Shown piece after piece: positions 1-8,826 of a stretch of DNA of 64,000 bases. The notes beneath the pieces are model-generated. The model had not been told where the DNA came from. It worked only from the letters and a program-made list of their open reading frames with translations, and ran no database searches. A program made the position numbers and the translations under genes. The first letter of the stretch is position 1; the number at the start of each line of letters is the position of its first letter. The stretch is from an uncultured virus (IMG/VR IMGVR_UViG_3300028591_000186) (Duplodnaviria > Heunggongvirae > Uroviricota > Caudoviricetes): IMG/VR virus record IMGVR_UViG_3300028591_000186, one strand, 5' to 3'.

Positions 1-137
1 GATAGATATAAAGACTGCACCTAATTATTTTGATCAGTAAACTGCTGTTGATTTATAAATTTGAAGTTTTATTAGGATAGATAACAAATATCAGCACCCA
101 ATACTCAGATAAAGGTAAAGACGAAGGGAGAACCATT

Positions 138-290
138 ATGTTAGTAGTAAGCGTAGCAGAATTAAAATTAAAATTCGAAAAGTATATAAAAGAAGCAACA
201 GAGAATGGTACAAAAATGTTAAACAAAGATTCTATTCTTGAAGAATTTGATGATGCTGTTGAGTCTTTAGATACATGGGAGATTAATTAA
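138..290 (+). CDS. small hypothetical protein (50 aa)
   Basis: ATG after GGAG RBS; open frame MLVVSVAELK...WEIN*. Confidence 0.6.
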   Translation: MLVVSVAELKLKFEKYIKEATENGTKMLNKDSILEEFDDAVESLDTWEIN

Positions 291-366
291 TGGGAAAATT
301 TCTTAACTTAATGACATTGAATAGAAGATAGTTAATAAAAAGATATTTTTATTAGAGGATAACGAT

Positions 367-723
367 ATGATTGATGTTAAAGAATTATATAAAGAAGTTG
401 AACAAGAATCAGAAAAAATGCAAAAAGCTAATCAGCAGCCCTGGCTTGTATATCTTGTATCTTCTTGTGAAATGGGATCTGAGGGATGGTCTGGATGGTG
501 TTACTATTGTGTAGCTTTTGGTGATACAGATGAAGAGATATATAATAACTGGGTTAAAAATGTAAAATTGATATATGGCGTGGATTTATCTAATGATTTA
601 AAAGAACACAATGGATATTGGAGTTGTTATTATCCTATTTATAAGAATCAGTTACCAACAAGTGTTTATGGTGATTCGCAACCATTATTGATTGAGAAAT
701 GTTTTAGGAAACATATTTTATAA
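367..723 (+). CDS. hypothetical phage protein
   Basis: 118-aa ORF with GAGG RBS, bounded by junction sites. Confidence 0.75.
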   Translation: MIDVKELYKEVEQESEKMQKANQQPWLVYLVSSCEMGSEGWSGWCYYCVAFGDTDEEIYNNWVKNVKLIYGVDLSNDLKEHNGYWSCYYPIYKNQLPTSVYGDSQPLLIEKCFRKHIL

Positions 724-753
724 ATTAAAGATAATTTTTATTGGAGAAGAGAC

Positions 754-951
754 ATGGTAACTAAAGAACAAAAAATTGAAGAAATAAATGAAAGCATTTA
801 TAAAGTTCGAGAAATATTTGATATGGCATACGATTATAATCAAAATGATAATTTTCAAACAGAATTATCTCGGAAATGTACCGATTATCTTGTTGGTGTA
901 TGGCAAACGCTCGGTGCTATTAGAGACGAGCTAATTAAAGATGACGAGTGA
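754..951 (+). CDS. hypothetical protein
   Basis: 65-aa ORF, GGAG RBS. Confidence 0.7.
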   Translation: MVTKEQKIEEINESIYKVREIFDMAYDYNQNDNFQTELSRKCTDYLVGVWQTLGAIRDELIKDDE

Positions 952-972
952 AATAAATAATTTTCTTGGGAA

Positions 973-1083
973 GATCACTTATATAGGAGGCTCGATGTGA
1001 AAACATTGTCGCAATAAATACGAGCATGTGGGAAGTGATTGAGTTTAGCTGGTGAAATAGCGACGATTTGGGTTCAGCTAAAC
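973..1083 (+). ncRNA. candidate structured RNA with pseudoknot
   Basis: Stems 973-980/1033-1040, 990-994/1021-1025, 995-998/1003-1006 (GAAA tetraloop), 1043-1052/1074-1083; loop pairing 1005-1012/1060-1067. Confidence 0.6.
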
Positions 1084-1122
1084 ATTAATAAAATAATATG
1101 TTTTTATAGGAGGAGATAAGAA

Positions 1123-1275
1123 ATGAAAAGTGCAGAAGAAATTAAAAGCAAAATAGAAGAGCTTTATGAAGATTATGCTCATGCTGATGAGTATAGTTGT
1201 GATCGTTGAGAAGAATGTCCCAAGATTTCAGCACAGATAGATATCCTTCAGTGGGTATTAAAAGAAGCAGAATAA
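1123..1275 (+). pseudogene. small ORF with one internal in-frame TGA (1207-1209)
   Basis: AGGAGG RBS; MKSAEEIK...CDR*EECPKISAQIDILQWVLKEAE*; final TAA lies in a junction site. Confidence 0.55.
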
Positions 1276-1300
1276 AATAAAACATTTATAGGAGAGTAAT

Positions 1301-1513
1301 ATGGAATATCATCATACAAAACCACAATTATTAGGTCAACTTAATTATGATAGATACATATATGCCATCTGTCAATGTCCAAAAGATCTAAGATATGGAT
1401 TGGTTATTGATCGAAATGAATTAACAGAATATGAAAAAGAAACTGGATATTGTTATATTCATTGTAATATCTGCGGTTCGGATATTGTAGTAGGTATGGG
1501 TAAAAAGTTATAA
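1301..1513 (+). CDS. hypothetical protein, Cys-rich (CxC, CxxC)
   Basis: 70-aa ORF with RBS. Confidence 0.65.
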   Translation: MEYHHTKPQLLGQLNYDRYIYAICQCPKDLRYGLVIDRNELTEYEKETGYCYIHCNICGSDIVVGMGKKL

Positions 1514-1571
1514 CAGAATACAAATATATTATCAATAACATAAAATAAACTTTTTATGGAGGTAGGATAAT

Positions 1572-1748
1572 ATGAAATTACATGTATTGATGCGAACCTT
1601 TGTAAAGGATTATGAAGAATTTACAGTAGTATTAGGTGTATATGACGATGATCATATTAAGAAAGCGACAAATATTGCTAACGAACGTTATGATCCTCGT
1701 GATATTTGGGTTGAAGATTTCGATTTGAACAATATAGATACTATATAA
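1572..1748 (+). CDS. small hypothetical protein (58 aa)
   Basis: GGAGG RBS; stop codon inside junction site 1745-1762. Confidence 0.6.
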   Translation: MKLHVLMRTFVKDYEEFTVVLGVYDDDHIKKATNIANERYDPRDIWVEDFDLNNIDTI

Positions 1749-1776
1749 AAGTACAATTTGATTAGAGGAAAAGAAA

Positions 1777-2022
1777 ATGAATAGACTTAATAATTTAGAA
1801 AATAGATTGGCAGTATCATATTTTCATTCCGTTTTTGGTGAATCATCCACGGAGAATTCTCTTATTAATAAGTACAGTTCTAAGGAAGAGTTAGAGCTAC
1901 TATCTAATTTTGAAAGAGCAGCAATAGAAGCAATAAAAGAATTTGACGGATATAGATCTTATTTATTGGGTAAAGCAGCTCAAATTGATGAGCTATATAA
2001 CCCCTCTAGGTATATTCAATAA
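1777..2022 (+). CDS. hypothetical protein
   Basis: 81-aa ORF, GAGG RBS. Confidence 0.65.
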   Translation: MNRLNNLENRLAVSYFHSVFGESSTENSLINKYSSKEELELLSNFERAAIEAIKEFDGYRSYLLGKAAQIDELYNPSRYIQ

Positions 2023-2078
2023 GAGAATACATGTGGAAAGAACAGCAAATAAATAATTAATTCATGAGGTGGTTAGAG

Positions 2079-2367
2079 ATGAAGACAACTAACTGTCCAA
2101 TTTGCGGATATAAAAATTTTATAGATGATCATTATACAGAAGAGTGCTATGGAATAATAGAGCAACATTGTTATTGTTACAGATGCGGATACACAGTTGA
2201 GCAATATCACTCCGAATCTGTTGAAGGATTTGATCTCCCAGTAAAAAAAAGGATATAAGCTTTGTGATGGTATTTATATTCCTAAGAATTGGAGAAAAAG
2301 AAAACGTGTCAAGAGGAAGTATGGAATCAAGTATGATAATAGGTCTTTGATGCTTAGATACTATTAA
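2079..2367 (+). pseudogene. Zn-ribbon protein frameshifted at an A8 tract (2243-2250)
   Basis: CPIC/CYRC motifs; removing one A extends the frame to TAA at 2365-2367. Confidence 0.5.
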
Positions 2368-2404
2368 TAGCTGTTTCACTGCGTTGGTGAAAGGGGACAT
2401 AAGT

Positions 2405-2683
2405 ATGAAAAAGATGATCGAACCACTTACAATAAAAAATATTAAGGCAGCAATACACAAATGGAATCTGATTAACAAGACGTATAACCTGTATTATCAC
2501 CCGAATGATAAAGAAGTTATTCAAGAAATAATAGCAACTCAAGTTGGTGATAATTTGTTATCAATTGAAACATCTTTAGTAAAACCTGGGCATGTGTTAC
2601 TCATAGATAGAACTAAGTTTGAAGATTATTACGAGGATATAAGAAAGGATGACAAAAATGTCACTATCAGCAGAGAACAATAG
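2405..2683 (+). CDS. hypothetical protein
   Basis: ORF track; ATG after AAAGGGG. Confidence 0.6.
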   Translation: MKKMIEPLTIKNIKAAIHKWNLINKTYNLYYHPNDKEVIQEIIATQVGDNLLSIETSLVKPGHVLLIDRTKFEDYYEDIRKDDKNVTISREQ

Positions 2684-2843
2684 GAAATCATCAGTCACAG
2701 ATGCTGTTAACAAGATTTGGAATTCGTCATCTACGGTATCAATTAAATCCATCAAGTCTTGTCCTTATTTATTGCCTTGTGGTTTCTGTGATAAAACCGG
2801 AATATTGTGCAGCCAGTATGAATCAAATAAGCTAACATTGTAA
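2649..2843 (+). CDS. hypothetical protein, Cys-rich C-terminus
   Basis: CPYLLPCGFCDKTGILC motif. Confidence 0.6.
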   Translation: MTKMSLSAENNRKSSVTDAVNKIWNSSSTVSIKSIKSCPYLLPCGFCDKTGILCSQYESNKLTL

Positions 2844-2888
2844 GATAAAAATGTTAGTGAAATTAACTAAAAATGTTAGCAGGAGAAA

Positions 2889-3458
2889 ATGAGAATGAGT
2901 CTTTCACAAGAAAACATTAATAAGCTTTGTGTGACTGGAATCTATCATTGTGATCCAGTTCTATCATGGATTGAATCTTGGAGAAGAGATAGACCTTATC
3001 ATTGTATTAATTGGAATTTTAAGGTAATAAAGCATGATAACTCGGATAAGTATTATATGAATGATACATATTGGACAGGTATTGATGGATTGAAGATCGA
3101 ACTTACAGATGAGAACTTTGACAAATTTAAACTCTTATTTGATATGAATGATGTGCATAAAGTAAGTCCTCCTGATTTCTATGATTATGATGAAGAAGAT
3201 AGATGGCATATTGCTTTGGATAGCGGCGGTTATCAGTTTAGTAAACATTATTATGTAAGAAACGGGGCTAAGAAAAATAAAGAAGTATTATTAGAAAGAT
3301 TGAATAGAGAGTTAGATACTCTGAGAAATCAAGTGAAGTGGAAAGAAGAAGAAATTCAAAAAGTATTATTACAGAGAGTTAGCAAGGTTTTGCCGCCCGT
3401 CAATCCTACAAAAAACAGGGAAGTGGATATTAATAGAAAAAGAACTATCAAGGTATAA
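2889..3458 (+). CDS. hypothetical phage protein
   Basis: 189-aa ORF, AGGAG RBS. Confidence 0.75.
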   Translation: MRMSLSQENINKLCVTGIYHCDPVLSWIESWRRDRPYHCINWNFKVIKHDNSDKYYMNDTYWTGIDGLKIELTDENFDKFKLLFDMNDVHKVSPPDFYDYDEEDRWHIALDSGGYQFSKHYYVRNGAKKNKEVLLERLNRELDTLRNQVKWKEEEIQKVLLQRVSKVLPPVNPTKNREVDINRKRTIKV

Positions 3459-3599
3459 ATGTTCCGAATGTGGAGAGATAATAAAACTTCACAAGAAAAG
3501 TGAAAATATCAAAACTTGAAAAAGATGAAACATTATCTAATTATCCGTTTAGTCATTGTGGTGCAAGAATGATTGAAGCACAGGAAGGAGTGATAAGGA

Positions 3600-3887
3600 A
3601 TGACAAAAGAACAGAAAGATAAAATCCTCAAAATAATGGCAGAGGAAAGAAATGATTATGCAAGAGAGTGTGGTGAGCGCATAGCAGAAGAACGAGGCAA
3701 GATTATAGGTGCTGATTATATGTTTCAAAGATTTCTTGATGTTCTTAACACTGAGGTTGATCCTGAAAATACTGAGGTTGAGCCACAGGGAAGTGCATAC
3801 GATAAATGTCCGATTTGCGTAAATAGAAATAAAAACTGTCAATTCGGGTCATTAGATTGCCACTTCGAAGAACAAATAAATGAGTAG
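3600..3887 (+). CDS. hypothetical protein
   Basis: 95-aa ORF. Confidence 0.65.
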   Translation: MTKEQKDKILKIMAEERNDYARECGERIAEERGKIIGADYMFQRFLDVLNTEVDPENTEVEPQGSAYDKCPICVNRNKNCQFGSLDCHFEEQINE

Positions 3888-3904
3888 AAAGTGAGGGATA
3901 AAAG

Positions 3905-4210
3905 ATGAGAGTAGTAATTGATATAGACGAAAATGTATTTGCAAGATTATTTGATAATGGTACGGAAGATTATGAGATTACGAAAGATGATTTATCTCAA
4001 ATAGCACAATCAATTCGTAAAAGCACACCTCTTACGGCATCAGTGTTAGCAGATATGTTAATGGAAGAAAGAATTAGAGGAACGCTGGATTATGATACAA
4101 CCTTTGAACAGGATATTATTGATAACGTTAGATGTAGACTAACTGTCGACATTATAGACCACAGACCTTGTTATTGCGGTGCTGGATTAAGGGAAGTGTG
4201 GAGGGAATAA
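3905..4210 (+). CDS. hypothetical protein
   Basis: 101-aa ORF, GAGG RBS. Confidence 0.7.
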   Translation: MRVVIDIDENVFARLFDNGTEDYEITKDDLSQIAQSIRKSTPLTASVLADMLMEERIRGTLDYDTTFEQDIIDNVRCRLTVDIIDHRPCYCGAGLREVWRE

Positions 4211-4212
4211 AT

Positions 4213-4590
4213 ATGTATAAAGATAGTACAACCACAATTCCATATGATGATATTGATGTAGAAATTAGACAATTGATACGAGGAATAAATAGTATAAATG
4301 GCATCGAAACTGTTGAATGTTGTTTTGGTCATTATAAATATCCTTGTTTAATCTGGGCTAAAGCAGAGTCAATAGAAGCTATGACATCTTTTCTTTTTCA
4401 CTACTTTGATTGTGAAAGACAATGGAGAGTATGTTTTGATTTAGGTGATGTTCATAAAGATTGGAAAGATATTCATTTTTATATTGATTCTATAACTGCT
4501 GAACCGAAAATTATAGATGAAATGATAGTGAACTTGACTAGTAGATTTTGTAAAGCAGAAAGCGAGGATAAGGATGACGGACGAATTTGA
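4213..4590 (+). CDS. hypothetical protein
   Basis: ATG after GGAGG; TVECCFGH motif. Confidence 0.7.
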   Translation: MYKDSTTTIPYDDIDVEIRQLIRGINSINGIETVECCFGHYKYPCLIWAKAESIEAMTSFLFHYFDCERQWRVCFDLGDVHKDWKDIHFYIDSITAEPKIIDEMIVNLTSRFCKAESEDKDDGRI

Positions 4591-4843
4591 ATTTACCTTA
4601 CACAGTCCTTTGACCAAAGAGGACTGGAATAAACTATCAGATGCAGAGCATGAAAATACAATGTTTGTTACGTTTCAAACACCACAAGGCAGACAAGTGA
4701 GATATATAAAATGCGAGGTGCTTGACAAGATAAGAGCCGAGATAATAAATCTTACTAATGGAGATATGCCTGAGAGAATTTGGAATGTTGATGTATTGGA
4801 AATCTTGGATAAGTACAAGGCAGATAAGGAGCAGGAAGAATGA
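4574..4843 (+). CDS. hypothetical protein
   Basis: 89-aa ORF overlapping its neighbours. Confidence 0.65.
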   Translation: MTDEFEFTLHSPLTKEDWNKLSDAEHENTMFVTFQTPQGRQVRYIKCEVLDKIRAEIINLTNGDMPERIWNVDVLEILDKYKADKEQEE

Positions 4844-5055
4844 CATATAAACATCCAAAAGCCTACAAAGGCATATCTAATCAGGACAGGGCAAGACAGA
4901 TGGTTGAAGAAAACTGTCTGATGTGTGAAAACTTCATGGGGCAGGAGCATGACTTTACAGAATGTAATCTCAAGAAACTATGCTTTGAAGGATTCAAACA
5001 TCCGTCAATTTTTTATGCAAAAGATTTTGTAAAAATGGAGATAGAGGGAATATAA
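4840..5055 (+). CDS. hypothetical protein
   Basis: 71-aa ORF, ATGA coupling. Confidence 0.6.
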   Translation: MTYKHPKAYKGISNQDRARQMVEENCLMCENFMGQEHDFTECNLKKLCFEGFKHPSIFYAKDFVKMEIEGI

Positions 5056-5600
5056 CAAGAGAAGTTGAAAACTCAAATATAGGAGGCATTAATATGATAA
5101 CAGATGTGTTGAGTATATGCAGGGACTGTCCGTTTCAGAAATATACTCCCCATTATAAGGAGTATGAGATAGACGATATAAGATTTTGTGTACACATCGA
5201 GTCGTGTCGTCGGGCATATCTATTATTGAAAAAGGAGAAAAATGACAATAAGAATACCAGATAATGCAACTAATGGAGATATATTGAAGTTATTATTTCC
5301 AAGTGAAGATTTTGAGAATAAAGAATATATTTGTCAATATCCTCTAGATGGAATGATCCATGATTTTAGTTGTAAATGGTGGAATAGTTCATACAAAGGA
5401 GATCATGAAAATGACTAACCTTGAAGCAAAAGAAAAGCTATATATGGAATGGCAATGCAATAAATCAACTAAAGGTTATTCTTGGGACCTGAAAGACGGT
5501 GGACAGATCCGATTGATTTTAGAAGTTGATAAAACATGATTTTTATTAAGAGGTAAAAGTAGCTTACTGTCAGTTATACAAAGAAAGGAAAACTTACAAA

Positions 5601-6137
5601 ATGGAAAATAATGTAGAGATTTGGAATGCAAAAATTACGAACGTTTCATTGTCAATGGAGGATCATGGTTGTCTAACTTGGGGATTAACTCTCGATGGAG
5701 GTGGAAAAGGTTGTGTATATGGCGGCTGGGTTATTGGAACCGGATACTTAGGTGCTGAAGAATTCAAAGGATCAGCAGAGGGAATGGAAGCCTTAATGCG
5801 GATTATGGACACCGTAGGTGTAGAAAAATGGGAAGATCTAAAAGGTCAGTATGTGCGTGTACGAAGTATAGGATGGGGAAATAGTATTACCTGTATAGGA
5901 AATTTGATAAAAGATAAATGGTTTGATGCAAAAGACTTTTTTGAAACCAAACAAAAAGAACGTCCTGCAAAACATATACCTAAGAACGTTGGTGAATTAA
6001 AACAATTTATACTTAATAAATTACGTGAGGAGTACGACGAAATATACGACAGAAAAACTGATACAGATATCATTGTTCAAGTTGAAGAAGAAAACAATGG
6101 GCGAAATGATGTTTGGATTCAATTATTTTCATTCTAA
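5601..6137 (+). CDS. hypothetical phage protein
   Basis: 178-aa ORF, AAAGGA RBS. Confidence 0.75.
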   Translation: MENNVEIWNAKITNVSLSMEDHGCLTWGLTLDGGGKGCVYGGWVIGTGYLGAEEFKGSAEGMEALMRIMDTVGVEKWEDLKGQYVRVRSIGWGNSITCIGNLIKDKWFDAKDFFETKQKERPAKHIPKNVGELKQFILNKLREEYDEIYDRKTDTDIIVQVEEENNGRNDVWIQLFSF

Positions 6138-6154
6138 ATAAGGAAGTGATAAAA

Positions 6155-6466
6155 ATGATTATAGAAACAGGAAATATCGGAATACCATTACACGAGATTA
6201 TAGCAAAATTTGGTAATAAATCGTATCCATACATTGAATGTCGATGTAAGTGGACGGATCTAGATGGAGAAAAATATGACGATTTTTGGGGCAGTTGTTC
6301 TTATGATAATGAGACTGGAGAGCTTACATCATTAGATCATGACTCATATTCGCTAGACGATTTATATAACGAATGGGAAGAATGGCAAGATCTTGATGAA
6401 AAGTATTCTGATAATGGACAGATATGTTTAACTGTATGGGAATATGGTGAAGTGGTATTTGAATAA
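6155..6466 (+). CDS. hypothetical acidic protein
   Basis: ORF track; ends at junction site 6466-6483. Confidence 0.7.
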   Translation: MIIETGNIGIPLHEIIAKFGNKSYPYIECRCKWTDLDGEKYDDFWGSCSYDNETGELTSLDHDSYSLDDLYNEWEEWQDLDEKYSDNGQICLTVWEYGEVVFE

Positions 6467-6496
6467 TAAAACTTTGATTTCATTGGGAGAGAAAAG

Positions 6497-6790
6497 ATGA
6501 GAATTAAATTTGGAAATAAAATAATAGAATTCGATCATGCGTGTCAACTTGGTGGGACAGATAGATTTGTAGAAGTATGGTCTACGAAACATAAATATAC
6601 AATTGATTGCGAAGAGAATAATTATGCTAGATGGTTAATGTCTACTTTATTGATAGATGGATATTTCGATGCATCTGGTGTAGATTACGACAATAGTAAT
6701 GATCAGACTTGGATTGATTATTGTAATAATAAAACAGATGAACAAAAAGTGTTCGTATCATGGATTAATAAACATATCATGGGTGGTTAA
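6497..6790 (+). CDS. hypothetical protein
   Basis: 97-aa ORF, GGAG RBS. Confidence 0.7.
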   Translation: MRIKFGNKIIEFDHACQLGGTDRFVEVWSTKHKYTIDCEENNYARWLMSTLLIDGYFDASGVDYDNSNDQTWIDYCNNKTDEQKVFVSWINKHIMGG

Positions 6791-6808
6791 TAAAAGCAAA
6801 TAAAAATA

Positions 6809-7114
6809 CAATGCTATTGAGTTAAGGGCAGAGACATATTGTTGTATAGGGCTACGTCAGCATACACCGACAAACGGTAGTTTGTGAACTCAACGCCCGA
6901 ACGAGAGGTAAATATCGGTTATCCACCGAGGCGTACCAATGCAGACAACGAAGATAGGCATAAGGAATGTGTCTGAAAGCTGGAATAGAAAGCCAGAGTC
7001 TTTAATAAGATATGCGCATCCGAAGGTCAGGGAAAGGCAATAAAGCAATCTGAGTACCTTTTAAACGAGTCGAGTGTGAAAATGGCTGATTCTGTCCTTA
7101 ACTTAATAGCATTG
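6809..7114 (+). mobile_element. 306-bp MITE-like element or large structured ncRNA
   Basis: 24-bp terminal inverted repeats (6809-6832/7091-7114); 10-bp direct repeat AATAAAAATA on both flanks (6799-6808, 7115-7124); many internal helices; no ORF. Confidence 0.65.
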
Positions 7115-7144
7115 AATAAAAATAATTTGATTGGAGACTATTAT

Positions 7145-7393
7145 ATGGAAAGACAACTACAAAAAACATTAGATTGTATAAATCGTATAGAAGAAGCTAT
7201 TTCAAGACTATATTCTGATTATGAAGAATATGAAAAGTTCCCTGATGAGGATAAAGCATTAATAGCAAATCCTATGTTACATCTTGCTGAAACAATTTAT
7301 ATGGAGGCTCCTGCATGGGCAGAAGATTTAGCAAAATATCTTTGTGTTCTTTGTGATATAAAGAGACTGGATGTTGAAATAAATGTAAAATAA
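7145..7393 (+). CDS. hypothetical protein
   Basis: ATG after GGAG RBS. Confidence 0.7.
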   Translation: MERQLQKTLDCINRIEEAISRLYSDYEEYEKFPDEDKALIANPMLHLAETIYMEAPAWAEDLAKYLCVLCDIKRLDVEINVK

Positions 7394-7419
7394 AAAAATA
7401 TTTTTTGGAGGAAATAATT

Positions 7420-7608
7420 ATGACAGCTATTTGTGGCCATATAGGTATTCCTGTTGGATCTGAAACATGTAAATTATGTGTATCACATGGTTGTGAAGGA
7501 TATAAACAAGCAACAAAAAAAGATAAACAATGGGAGAATTTGCAGAAAAAAGATTATACAAAAATAATTGAAGCGTTAAAAAATTTTATTGGAGACCGTT
7601 TTAATTAG
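7420..7608 (+). CDS. hypothetical Cys-containing protein
   Basis: GGAGG RBS. Confidence 0.6.
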   Translation: MTAICGHIGIPVGSETCKLCVSHGCEGYKQATKKDKQWENLQKKDYTKIIEALKNFIGDRFN

Positions 7609-7617
7609 GAGTGACAT

Positions 7618-7833
7618 ATGGAATGGAATTATAACCTAGAAAAAGCACCTTTAGACACACCATTAAAATTATTATCTGGTGATAACTGTCTTCTTCTTCT
7701 TCCTCAAAAAGAGTATATAGGAACAATAACAATGTATGGAGATGGAGAATACAGAACCAGAGGAGAATGTATTGATGGTGATCCTGAATACTTTTATCGT
7801 TCAGCAATAGTTGCTTGGAAGACTATAGAATAA
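7618..7833 (+). CDS. hypothetical protein
   Basis: 71 aa; stop codon in junction site 7830-7847. Confidence 0.7.
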   Translation: MEWNYNLEKAPLDTPLKLLSGDNCLLLLPQKEYIGTITMYGDGEYRTRGECIDGDPEYFYRSAIVAWKTIE

Positions 7834-7864
7834 AAGAATAATTTTATTAGAAAGGTGAAAAATC

Positions 7865-8077
7865 ATGGTAGAGAAAAAATTATATACATGTGAAATATGT
7901 AATACGGATTACGCAGATAAAGAAAAGGCAAAAAGATGCGAAGAAAATCATAAGTTACTTAAAGATGCTAAGATAGTTGGTGTATACAAATCATATAATA
8001 GTATCCCTGATGGTATACCTTGTAAAATACATGTTAGATTTCCTGGATTAGATAGGATAATAGAATATAGAGTGTAA
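7865..8077 (+). CDS. C2H2-like Zn-finger small protein
   Basis: YTCEIC...CEENH motif. Confidence 0.7.
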   Translation: MVEKKLYTCEICNTDYADKEKAKRCEENHKLLKDAKIVGVYKSYNSIPDGIPCKIHVRFPGLDRIIEYRV

Positions 8078-8126
8078 TTTCGTATATAATGTGCGTTTCA
8101 CTAATTTGGTGAAACCGAGGTGAACT

Positions 8127-8651
8127 ATGAAAACAAAAAGAATAACCGAAGAGGAACGGCAAATATATTATTTGCTTGCAACTAAAGAAATTCTCGAACT
8201 TTTTGCAGAGCAAGAACTTGGCAGCAGATGTGAGATTAATATTCCGGCAGTACTCGGATATATCAAATCAATAAAGTTTGTAAATGATTGTTGGGGATTA
8301 AATACTAAAGAAGAGATATATCAGCTTGTGACAGACGATATATTGTCTGGATATCCTATATGGCAGCTCCTAGATATGCCTGAATGGACTCGAAATATGG
8401 TTGAGAGAGAATTCACGCTGTCCCAAGAAGAAAAGCGTAAACAGCTTATCAAGAAATATAAATGCTATACATGTAAATATTTTGAGGAGCATGAAACTTC
8501 TTTAGGGATATTTAGAGAATGTAAGAGGCCACGAGACAAACATGATGGTTGGCTGCACAGAAGAGGATATTTTGATCCGGTAAAAAAGTGTAAATATTAT
8601 GTTTCCGACATTTATGACGGGAAGATTGGAGAGAACGATGGGGATAAATGA
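8127..8651 (+). CDS. hypothetical protein
   Basis: 174-aa ORF, GAGGTG RBS. Confidence 0.7.
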   Translation: MKTKRITEEERQIYYLLATKEILELFAEQELGSRCEINIPAVLGYIKSIKFVNDCWGLNTKEEIYQLVTDDILSGYPIWQLLDMPEWTRNMVEREFTLSQEEKRKQLIKKYKCYTCKYFEEHETSLGIFRECKRPRDKHDGWLHRRGYFDPVKKCKYYVSDIYDGKIGENDGDK

Positions 8652-8823
8652 TAATATTCCAGAAGATCCACATGTGGACAAAAGAGTATCTGATATGTTA
8701 CTTCAGATAGCGTTAGATAATACAAAGCCTTTAGAGGAACGAGATAAACTTATTAAAGAGCTGCTGGTTACGGCATTTGGAGAAGATGTGTTTGTTACAA
8801 ATGACATATTAAAAGAGGAATAG
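8638..8823 (+). CDS. hypothetical protein
   Basis: ATG after GGAG. Confidence 0.55.
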   Translation: MGINDNIPEDPHVDKRVSDMLLQIALDNTKPLEERDKLIKELLVTAFGEDVFVTNDILKEE

Positions 8824-8826
8824 ACA

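Larger units (their letters stand above)
55..7847. repeat. Dispersed palindromic gene-junction site ATAAAA-N6-TTTTAT (cassette-boundary motif)
   Basis: Perfect copies at 335-352, 1540-1557, 5529-5546, 7830-7847. One-mismatch copies at 55-72, 724-741, 1272-1289, 1745-1762, 6466-6483. 8-bp-spacer copy at 1088-1107. All lie at ORF junctions. Confidence 0.85.

Noticed and set aside
1123..1275. Genome-wide stop-codon reassignment
   Set aside because: Long genes are intact in the standard code and TAA, TAG and TGA all serve as normal stops; only one internal TGA was seen.
2831..2880. Short repeats of AATGTTAG (two direct, one inverted)
   Set aside because: Too short and local to assign a function; possibly an operator but unsupported.
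6809..7114. Group I/II intron, RNase P or tmRNA identity for the structured element
   Set aside because: No catalytic-core signatures (group I P7, group II domain V, RNase P GAGGAAAGUCC, tRNA-like ends) recognised, and it is intergenic.
7390..8101. Further degenerate junction sites (7390-7407, ~7576-7589, 8084-8101; also ~2049-2065)
   Set aside because: Two or more mismatches or wrong spacer length in AT-rich DNA; not counted as evidence.
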